Below are positions 1-8,700 of a stretch of DNA of 32,000 bases, in pieces. The DNA lies in assembly GCA_947581825.1 (NCBI GenBank), contig CANPVP010000006.1, positions 39,598 to 71,597 on the forward strand. Reading direction: 5' to 3'. The stretch comes from an uncultured Clostridia bacterium (lineage in GTDB: Bacteria; Bacillota; Clostridia; TANB77; CAG-508). The notes below the pieces were generated by a model. That model searched no databases, was not told the origin of the DNA, and saw nothing but the letters and a program-made list of their open reading frames with translations. The translations under genes and the position numbers were made by a program. Position 1 is the stretch's first letter; each line of letters starts with the position of its first letter.

Positions 1-2266
1 CCTTTGGATTTTTAAAAGTATCAGTAAATACTATTTCATTATCCTTAGTATTTTTTGTAATTCCCCATAATATTTTTCCAGTTTGTATATTTTCTTTAAA
101 GTAATGGTCATCCAAATTTGAATCATGGTTTATATAATACCAACCACTCATTCCGCCTGTTACAGGATCAACAAAATTTTTATTTGTAAAACCAATTTTT
201 TCTTCTTCTCCGTTTCCAGCTGTTTCTCCTGCTTTTACTTCCTTAGCTTTTTCATCTTCTTCAAAGGTATTATAAGCTAAATATTCATTTTCTTCTGCCT
301 CTGTTGCTGAAAAAGATATTTTTTTTACCTCATCTGCAGAAAGTGCAGTATCAAATACACATACATTATCTATGTACAAATCTGAACCAGAATAATTATT
401 GTCAAAACCTGTAATTACAATATTCTTTTCGCTTAGTTTTATTTCTTGATTATTATTATCATTTTCTTTTTTTCCGTCTTTATAAGAATAGATTTTACCA
501 TTTTCAAAGACTATTGTAATTGTACAAGCTTTGTTCGTCTCGTTAAATACACTATTTATATTTGTTTTAGTACTTGATTTAGTACCTTCTTTATTATTTG
601 ATGAAATTTCATCCATTTTTAATCTATTACTACTAGTTTTCTCATCACGATATACTCTATAATAGTCGCTAGATTCTATATTCTCTAACGGTCCTATATA
701 TATTAAATCTGCTTCTTGCTGTGGTTGAGTTTCACTTTTATCTTTTTCAACTGTAAATGATATTGTAAAATTATCTGTTGATGGTTTTGCGTCTAACAAA
801 ACACCTAAGCCCGTTTCGACTCCCTCACTACTATTTAAATCTTTTACTGTTAATCCTTTATCAGTCTTCATTTTTATACTATTTTCATTAGACCAATCTT
901 TAGGTTTTTCTGTAACCTCAAAAGATGTGTTTTCTTTAGAGGTTGTAGAACTTGGGACTTCAATCTGCTTAACTACATATGCTTCTCCATCACTATCGCT
1001 TGCACTGTTTTTTAGCCAATCTCTTCTCTTATCATCTTTAGTATTAGTATAATTTCCTTTATTAAATTCATAATATCCTATAAGACTATCATATAATTCA
1101 TCATTTAAAGAACCATCCCAATATCCTAAAGGAGCATATTCATTTACATCTGTAGATTCATTAAATACATAGTAATTATAACCACTATTTCCTAAAGGGT
1201 TATTATCTGTATTATGAACATTTAGAATTTCATTTACCTCTGATTGAGTTAGAAATATGTCATGATTCCATGCATTAGTTGAAGGACCTCCTTTTTCATA
1301 TTTTTCTTTTGATAGCATTTTATCCTCAAGGTTAAGTGCTTTTAATTGTTTTTCATCTAAATGTATTGGTTCTAACACATCTGATGTAAATATCATACTA
1401 CCAGAAGCATCTAAAACTAGTCCTACATCTGCAGCTTTTGCCCCAGAATACCATGTTTCCAAATCAATTGTAAATTCTCTATCATTTTCATCAACACTAT
1501 TTGCTGTTTTATCTGTATGCAATCCCTCTAAAGTACTATATACCTTTGTTAGTTTTACATTATCACCATCTTTACAGTCAGCTGGTAAATTTTCTTTTTT
1601 ATATACAGGTTGGTCATTATTTTTAACAACATCTCCAACATGATGTGTGCCATCATCTTTTGTATATGTATATACCCAAGCAACATCTTGTTCTGCATTA
1701 GTTTGTGTTTCACTTGAACCAAATACAGCATCATCAGATCCACTTCCAACAACTTTTAGACTTTCATTATCATAAAATGTATGTATTTTTACTAAGTGAA
1801 CATATGGATGATATGAAATAACCACTTTACCATCATCATCATCTGTTATTTCAACTGATTTATTTCCTGAAGTTATTGAAAAAGCTGAAAAACTTTCTAA
1901 CGGAGTACCATCTTTATGCTTTAATGGATTTGCCTTAAGTGTTATTTTTCCGTTTTGTGGATCAAAACTATCTATATAATTAGAATCTGGTTTTGCACCA
2001 GCAAGTAACTCCTTTTTATCTCCGTTTTCTACTTTATAAATAGCATATTTTTCTCCTTTTGGCACTATATAACCTTCTACAATAACAGACTCTTGACTAT
2101 CTTCATTTTCTTCATAAGTAGAATGCCAATGTCTTACAATAAAGTGTAACGCATTATCCCAGTCTTCTTTTCCATTTACTATTTTCTCCAAAGCATATAT
2201 TGGCATTGATGTAACTAATATACAAGTTATCAATAATATCAGTACTATTTTTTTCAAAATCTTCAT
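1..2266 (-). CDS. Pilus tip adhesin paralogue 2 (VWA-type), first ~755 codons; 3' end lies beyond the window start
   Basis: ATG at 2266 has GGAGAG 8 nt upstream. The frame stays open to position 1, since the track lists no terminated ORF from this start. The translation (MKILKKIVLILLITCILVTSMPIYALE...) is colinear with the adhesin at 5742-10598, including the LDASGSM MIDAS motif and YIDNVCVFDTALS. Confidence 0.8.
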   Translation of the reverse strand, partial: MKILKKIVLILLITCILVTSMPIYALEKIVNGKEDWDNALHFIVRHWHSTYEENEDSQESVIVEGYIVPKGEKYAIYKVENGDKKELLAGAKPDSNYIDSFDPQNGKITLKANPLKHKDGTPLESFSAFSITSGNKSVEITDDDDGKVVISYHPYVHLVKIHTFYDNESLKVVGSGSDDAVFGSSETQTNAEQDVAWVYTYTKDDGTHHVGDVVKNNDQPVYKKENLPADCKDGDNVKLTKVYSTLEGLHTDKTANSVDENDREFTIDLETWYSGAKAADVGLVLDASGSMIFTSDVLEPIHLDEKQLKALNLEDKMLSKEKYEKGGPSTNAWNHDIFLTQSEVNEILNVHNTDNNPLGNSGYNYYVFNESTDVNEYAPLGYWDGSLNDELYDSLIGYYEFNKGNYTNTKDDKRRDWLKNSASDSDGEAYVVKQIEVPSSTTSKENTSFEVTEKPKDWSNENSIKMKTDKGLTVKDLNSSEGVETGLGVLLDAKPSTDNFTISFTVEKDKSETQPQQEADLIYIGPLENIESSDYYRVYRDEKTSSNRLKMDEISSNNKEGTKSSTKTNINSVFNETNKACTITIVFENGKIYSYKDGKKENDNNNQEIKLSEKNIVITGFDNNYSGSDLYIDNVCVFDTALSADEVKKISFSATEAEENEYLAYNTFEEDEKAKEVKAGETAGNGEEEKIGFTNKNFVDPVTGGMSGWYYINHDSNLDDHYFKENIQTGKILWGITKNTKDNEIVFTDTFKNPK

Positions 2267-2308
2267 TAGTGTTTCTCTCCTTTTTTATCTACTCAAAATG
2301 TAACATTT

Positions 2309-3040
2309 TTATTCTTTATTCTTGTTTTTTCTCTTTTTATTTAACATTTGAAGAATATTTAATAAAATTACTAATATTAATATTCCAACTACTATTAGTA
2401 TTATATCTCCTGTATCTGGAAGTGTACTTCCTAGCACTCCTGTTTCTATAGTTGGTGGTGTTTGTTCTTCTGTTGGTGGCGTTGTTGGTTCTTCTGGTTG
2501 TGTTGGATTTTCAGGATCTTTTCTTTCGTATTTTAATTTTATAGTAGCTTCATACACTAAAGTTCCTTCTTCATCTGTATATGGTAACTGTATTACACTA
2601 GGTGTTGGTGTATAAGTTATATCATCTCTAATTGTTTCTGCACCACAAATTAAGTAAACACCATTTTCAAAATTTATTTCAGCTTTACCGCTAGAATTTG
2701 TTGTTAATTTATAGTCAGAATTTATATTATTTGATTTTACAAAATCAGCTAATTCTACAGTTTTAGCAAGAATTTCTTCATCAGTGCTTCTTGCTAAATC
2801 TATTTTATAATCTGAATAAGTATCTAGCCATTGAGTTTTAGCAGTATCCTTTTCATAAGATGCTAATTTATAAATTGATATATCAACATTACTCATAGGA
2901 AGAGTATCATTTTCCGTTATAAAATTTATTTCCAAGGATGATTCGTTATCTATTCCTGTTGCATATGTAGGAATTGCAATATTTGCTATTATTATGATGA
3001 CACATATTATTATGTAATATGTGTTTGATATTTTCTTCAT
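2309..3040 (-). CDS. Minor (basal-type) pilin, LPXTG-anchored, module 2
   Basis: 243 aa with a signal peptide and a Pro/Thr/Glu-rich stalk (PENPTQPEEPTTPPTEEQTPP). LPDTG is followed by a hydrophobic helix and a KKRKNKNK tail. The gene follows the sortase gene. Confidence 0.8.
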   Translation of the reverse strand: MKKISNTYYIIICVIIIIANIAIPTYATGIDNESSLEINFITENDTLPMSNVDISIYKLASYEKDTAKTQWLDTYSDYKIDLARSTDEEILAKTVELADFVKSNNINSDYKLTTNSSGKAEINFENGVYLICGAETIRDDITYTPTPSVIQLPYTDEEGTLVYEATIKLKYERKDPENPTQPEEPTTPPTEEQTPPTIETGVLGSTLPDTGDIILIVVGILILVILLNILQMLNKKRKNKNKE

Positions 3041-3118
3041 CTTTTCCCCTCCTAGTTATAATTTATTAGTTAATGCTTCCTTGCTAATATTCCAGCTTAT
3101 ATAATGTAATGAAAGCTT

Positions 3119-4003
3119 TTATTCTTTCATATTTCTATTTCTTATAGGCTTCTTACTATTATTTTTTCTTTTTGCTCTGCTTCTTTTTAGTGTCAAAAAT
3201 ATTCCAACAATAAATAGTATTATTGCAATAATTAGCATAATAACTTCATAGAAAGTAAGCACATGTCCTTTTACTACTTCATTTAAAACTCCAGCATCAG
3301 ATTCTTCTTCATAAATTGTTTCTATTCTATGTCCTCTTACTAATAATCTATGGCTATTAATTCCTAAAGGTGTACATGTAAGAAGTGTACAATAATCTTC
3401 TCCATCAACAATTTCAATATTTTTAATATCTGTTGGTGATACAACATCAATTTTATCTACTTCGTATGTAAGAACCTCATTTAATACTTCAATATTAAAT
3501 GTATCTCCTATTTCCAACTTAGGTAAATTAGTAAATATCGCTGCTGATGCTAACCCCCTATGTCCTGATAAAACTGCATGTGTACCTTTACCTCCAACTG
3601 GTAGTGAAGTACCTGGAATATGACCTACTGCAACTTGTAGTATCTTCTCCTCTGCAGTATGATAAATTGGAAGTTTTACATTTATTTTTGGAATTGAAAT
3701 AATTCCCATAACACCATTGTCTGAAATATTTAAAAGAGACATATATTTTTCTTGTTGTTCTTCTGATAAAAAATATCTAGTTATACCATTCTCTAGGGAT
3801 TCATTATATTTTCTTACTTCTTCTAAAATATTTTTGTAATCATCTTCTCCGCTTATTTCTTTAATTGAATCTCGATATAATTTTATTACATATGAAGAGT
3901 GATATTTATTATATATTTCAGCAATTGCAGGATAAGAGAGCAAACATATTGCAATTATAATCAATATTTTTGATATTATTTCTCTTTTATGTATTTTTTT
4001 CAT
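3119..4003 (-). CDS. srtC: Class C (pilin-polymerising) sortase, module 2
   Basis: TLLTCTP catalytic Cys motif, VLSGHRG His motif and LLVRGHR Arg. It has an N-terminal TM helix plus a C-terminal TM anchor with a basic tail, and it lies between pilin genes. Confidence 0.9.
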   Translation of the reverse strand: MKKIHKREIISKILIIIAICLLSYPAIAEIYNKYHSSYVIKLYRDSIKEISGEDDYKNILEEVRKYNESLENGITRYFLSEEQQEKYMSLLNISDNGVMGIISIPKINVKLPIYHTAEEKILQVAVGHIPGTSLPVGGKGTHAVLSGHRGLASAAIFTNLPKLEIGDTFNIEVLNEVLTYEVDKIDVVSPTDIKNIEIVDGEDYCTLLTCTPLGINSHRLLVRGHRIETIYEEESDAGVLNEVVKGHVLTFYEVIMLIIAIILFIVGIFLTLKRSRAKRKNNSKKPIRNRNMKE

Positions 4004-4013
4004 AGTCGTTATA

Positions 4014-4046
4014 TTTTGTAAACATATATATTAAATGTTTACAAAT
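4014..4046 (-). promoter_or_regulatory. Intercistronic hairpin between major pilin and sortase, module 2
   Basis: 12-bp perfect stem ATTTGTAAACAT/ATGTTTACAAAT with a 9-nt loop, filling the 44-nt gap between the pilin stop and the sortase ATG. There is no clear U-tract and no SD before the sortase ATG. Confidence 0.5.
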
Positions 4047-4047
4047 A

Positions 4048-5682
4048 TTACTCCTCCTTTTTATTTTTTGACATGATTAATCCTGAAACACCAAGAATAG
4101 TTGCTACTCCACACATAGCAATTAATGTCATACTACCTGTTTTAGGTAATTTTGAACCTTGTACATTTATAATTTTGTTTACCATATTTGAATCATCTGA
4201 AAAAGTAACTTTATCTTCTTTTAATGTAGGTTCAATTTTAATTTGAAAGTTTTCACATGTGTTATAACCTTTAGGTGTTTCAACCTCTACTAGAGTATAA
4301 GTTCCAGCATCTAAACCTACGATATTAAATTTACCATCTTTTTTAGATTTAATAACCTCAGCTTTTTCGTCATCTTTAATAGGACGATATGCGTCTAATT
4401 TTTCATCCCATTTTAATTTTACTTCTTCTTTTGTGTCATTACCTTTATATAATCTAAATCCTGCTCCTTCTAAAGGTTTTGCATCATCGTCTTTCTGAGT
4501 TGCATGTTTTCCATATTTTGTATTATCAACTTCATATGTATATACATAGTTTTTGTCTTCTAATGTAGTTCCCATTGAATTTTCTTTACCTTTATTAGAA
4601 TCATTAGAATATTTAAGTTTTGCAGTATTAATATTTGGTTTATTTTCTCCTTTTAATTTTGATATATTAGCATTTTCATTTAAATGAGCTTTATATGTAA
4701 CAATAACTTTAACACCTTTTGTAATATCTGCTTCTTTTTCTTGAAGAATTGATACTAAATCATCAATAGTAATTGTTATTGTTGAACTATTATCTGAAAC
4801 TTTGCTTTCTTCTGTATACTCTTCACTATTTTTCTCTAATTTTATTTCTTTTTCATTACCAGAATTATCCTTTGATTTTACTATAATGCTTTCAATTGCA
4901 TCATATGTAATTCCTTCGCTCATTGTATCTTCAAATACAAGTTTATATTTTTCATATTCACCAAATTCTTTGTTTGCTGGAAGATTAGCTGTTAAGTAGT
5001 ATTTGAATTCTTGATTTATTGCATAATCAGAAACATTTACATCTGTTCCTTCTTCTAAAGATTTATTAACAGTAGGTTTTTCAGCTTTTGGAGTTGTTTC
5101 TATACTACTAACTACTTTTAGCATATATCTAGTGTATGCTGCGTATTCACTATCTTTTAATGAATTATCTTTATCTTTTATCAAATAATATCCTGGTTTA
5201 TCAACTGAAATTTCATAATTTTTTCCATCTGTACTTAATTTGCTTTCTGTAGGTTCTTGCAAATAATTGCTTACAATTTCAGCAAAAGCTTTTAATCTGT
5301 CATCATCTTCATCAAAAGATTCAAGAACAACTGCAATTTGTCTTGGGGTCTTAGAATTTTTAAAATCCTTTTCTTTTTGCAATTCATCTACAATTTTTGA
5401 AGTGTCTTCTTTTTTTATTCCACTTCCCCACTCAATATTAGACAAGGTTTTGTTTCTTTCCTCTGATTTTTCCGCTTCTTCTTTTTTTGATGGATCTACA
5501 TATAAATCGCCAGAAAAAATTTGGTATGCTTCGTATTCATGATTTACTCCATCATCTGTTTTTTTAATTTTAATAGTATACTTATTATCTTCTGCATACA
5601 CATTTGTAGTTACTAAAATTCCAATAACTAAAACAATAGCCATAATGCTTAAAAGCAATCTTTTGGATAACTGCATTTTCAT
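4048..5682 (-). CDS. Major (backbone) pilin, isopeptide-forming fimbrial subunit, module 2
   Basis: 544 aa with a signal peptide. It has the N-terminal pilin D1-like motif YEAYQIFSGDLY, NTAKLKYSNDSN, and a CnaB-type C-terminal domain (LEGAGFRLY, DGKFNIVGLDAGTYTLVEVETPKGY). LPKTG is followed by a TM helix and KNKKEE. Confidence 0.85.
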   Translation of the reverse strand: MKMQLSKRLLLSIMAIVLVIGILVTTNVYAEDNKYTIKIKKTDDGVNHEYEAYQIFSGDLYVDPSKKEEAEKSEERNKTLSNIEWGSGIKKEDTSKIVDELQKEKDFKNSKTPRQIAVVLESFDEDDDRLKAFAEIVSNYLQEPTESKLSTDGKNYEISVDKPGYYLIKDKDNSLKDSEYAAYTRYMLKVVSSIETTPKAEKPTVNKSLEEGTDVNVSDYAINQEFKYYLTANLPANKEFGEYEKYKLVFEDTMSEGITYDAIESIIVKSKDNSGNEKEIKLEKNSEEYTEESKVSDNSSTITITIDDLVSILQEKEADITKGVKVIVTYKAHLNENANISKLKGENKPNINTAKLKYSNDSNKGKENSMGTTLEDKNYVYTYEVDNTKYGKHATQKDDDAKPLEGAGFRLYKGNDTKEEVKLKWDEKLDAYRPIKDDEKAEVIKSKKDGKFNIVGLDAGTYTLVEVETPKGYNTCENFQIKIEPTLKEDKVTFSDDSNMVNKIINVQGSKLPKTGSMTLIAMCGVATILGVSGLIMSKNKKEE

Positions 5683-5741
5683 TTTATCTTCCCCTTTTTA
5701 TACTTAAATTATATATCTCTTTTATCTGAGCATTTTTTGCT

Positions 5742-8700
5742 TTATTTTTTATATACTTTTTTTCTTTTTTTAATTCTTAGTCTGATACTTTTATGTAGTA
5801 TTGTGGCAGTTACTATACATCCTACTGCAACAATATAAATCATCATTAAAGAATTACTTCCTGCAAGTGGCATTTCGAAAACTACAATTGGTTTTACTTC
5901 AAATAATCCAAAACGTTTTTCTAGATATCCCTCTGTTTTTTCTGTATCGCCTAAAATGATTTCAGAATTATTTTCAAGATTTGCTAAATATTTTTTAGGA
6001 TTGTTATTATCTGTACCTAATGTAAATAATTTATCTATATATCTTTCTGCATCTTTAACAACATTAGTTGTATCAAATTTCATATAAGATGGTGCTTTAA
6101 CTATTTTAGGAGTTCCTAATGTATACGTTCCTAATGGCAATCCGTTTTCTTCCATATATTTTTCTAAATCTTCAAGTTTAGCTGTTACTGTAATATTACC
6201 TTCATCATCAGGTTGATTGTCATCCTCTTTCTTCCATGTAGCTTTAAAAGTTCCTACTTTTTTTGTTTCACCTTTATAAGTTCTATATAAATCCACATCG
6301 TATTCTATTTCTTCATTTTCCATAACTTCTACAACTTTACTATCAAACTTTACTTGTAATGCAATTTCACCGCTAACAATATCTATCTTATGCTCATTTT
6401 TTATAACTTCTTTTTCTTTTTGTACTTCACCAACAGCAGGTTTATATTTTTCATCCCATTTATACTCTTCTTCTTTTACTAGTTTTTCATTTTCTTTTAA
6501 ACGTTCTTCTATATTTCCTGGTTTATATGTAACTGTTAATGTTAATGTACGTTTTTCCCTATCTTTTACTTCACCATCATTTCCACCAGATTCTTTTATT
6601 TCATATACCAACTCTCCTAATTTATCTTCTTTGTGTTCTGTTTTATCTTCTGCTAAATTTGTTTTCTCTTTATTTGGTAAATAATAATATGGAATTGTGA
6701 TTGTTCCTTTTTCTAAAAGCTCTTCTATATAATTCTTTTCTTCATTATTATTTTTTGCATATCTTTCAAGGTATTCCCAAAAATACTTGATATTTTCTTT
6801 TTCTGATTCTTCATTTACTTGCTTTATCATTTCTTTTTCAATATTTTTATAATCTAAACTTTCACCCATATAAATTGTTTGTTTACTTTCTTTTTCTATT
6901 TCATATGTTGGAATGTTTACTGTTACACGTGGGAAGCCTTTTGATACTGAATTATTCTCTCCTTCTTTCTTATGACACTTATCTGTTCCTGAAGAAGCAC
7001 TTGAATCTCCTTCAGAATAAACATAATTCATTTTTTCTGCATTACCATTTGTCAATATTGCATTTCCACCTAAAACATCATCTTTTGCTTTAATTGTAAA
7101 TCTTGTATTCCATACAGGTAATATTTTTGCATCAACAACACACCCTGGAATTGTTTGTTTTACCCATTTTAAATAATACATATTGTTATCGCTATCAAAG
7201 TATAAACGTGCTTCACGAGTATCTATATCTACATCTGAATCATTGGATAGTTTTACAGATAAATAATGTTTACCGTTATCTTCTTTTATTTCTCCTTTTG
7301 ATTGTTCTGTTGTACCATTTTTCAAATCATACTTAGCTCCATCTTTATCTAATATAGTTACAATTCCATTAGCATCTAACTTATATTCTTTACCATCAGC
7401 TGATACTAAGTTAAAACGAGGATCTATATAATCTTGAATACTATAAGATTCAAGGTTATCAGATATACGTTCAAGTATATCATTTGTAAATATTTCGGTT
7501 AATTTATCTATAGTATCTGCTTCTTTATAACTATGATTTCCTACTTCAGCCGTGCTAAAGAAATATTGTTTTTTGTCTTCCTCATTTTCTTTTTCTGTTT
7601 CTGATGTTCCAACAATGTCTAATAAGAATTTTTTTGCTGTTTGGTATTCTGACTCTTCTTTGTCACTATATTCAATAGATCCTCCTGTTAGCATAACAGC
7701 CATAATAGTATATCCTTGTTCTTTTAACTTCTTTACGTCCTCAGCAATTTTGTTCTGCTTTTCTTTAGGAGTTGTATCTTTACCATCTGTAAAGATTATT
7801 AAATATTTATCAGCTTCTTCTTTTCCTTCATCAGCTAAAAACTGTTCAAAAGCTTCAAGTCCAACATATGTTGCTGTACCACCAGTAACACCATAATTAT
7901 ACTGTGTGATTGTTTCTCCACCTTCGTGTTTATGATTACTTTCTTTTCCTGTTGTTGTTCCTCCATTTCCATAACTTAAAGACATCATATTCTGTACATC
8001 TGTAGGATCATTAGTCCAGTCTAGAAGAACAAATTTATCATAATTTTTGTCTGTAGCCTTATCTGAACTATATCGAACAGCTGAAATTTCACTATATGGT
8101 GATGCTTCATTTAGTTCTGAAGCAAAGCTTCCAAGTGCACGTTGTAAAGCTTCTGCTTTTATATATTTTGAGTCATCTTTTTTATATACAAAAGAGGCTC
8201 CTACTGTTTCTTTTTTAGTTCCTCTTGTAAAGAAACAACATAAATACCCCTCTTCATCAATATAAAATAATGTTGGACTATTTCCATCTGGTTTATATGT
8301 AAATTCTGTATTTTTATGCTGTGCTTTTACATCAGTTGGTGTTTTAATTTCATCCTTATATATTGCTGGGTCGTTCGTTTCTACATTATTTACTCCCCAT
8401 AATACTTTTCCAGTTTGTGTTTTTTCATCAAAGTAATGCTTCTCCAAATCTGAATCATGATTTACATAGTACCAGCCACTCATTCCACCTGTTACAGGGT
8501 CTACAAAGTATTTATTTACAAAAGCAATTTTCTCTTCTCCGTTTATTACTGTTTCTCCATTTCCTGCTGTTTCTTCTGCTTTTACTAACTTATCTGTTTC
8601 TTCTTCAAAAGTATTATAAGCTAAACATTCTTTTTCTTTTTCTTTTTCTTCTGTTTCTGAAAATGATATTCTTTTAACATCTTTTTCAGAAAGTGCTGTA

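Noticed and set aside
6875-8677. Several 72-114-aa plus-strand ORFs inside the adhesin gene (6875-7093, 7103-7336, 7552-7896, 8047-8265, 8363-8677). Similar ones lie in pilin, gyrA, gyrB, recF and VirB4 genes.
   Set aside because: All are antisense to long, motif-supported genes. They are Leu/Phe/Ser-rich with no SD sites and are typical shadow ORFs of AT-rich DNA.
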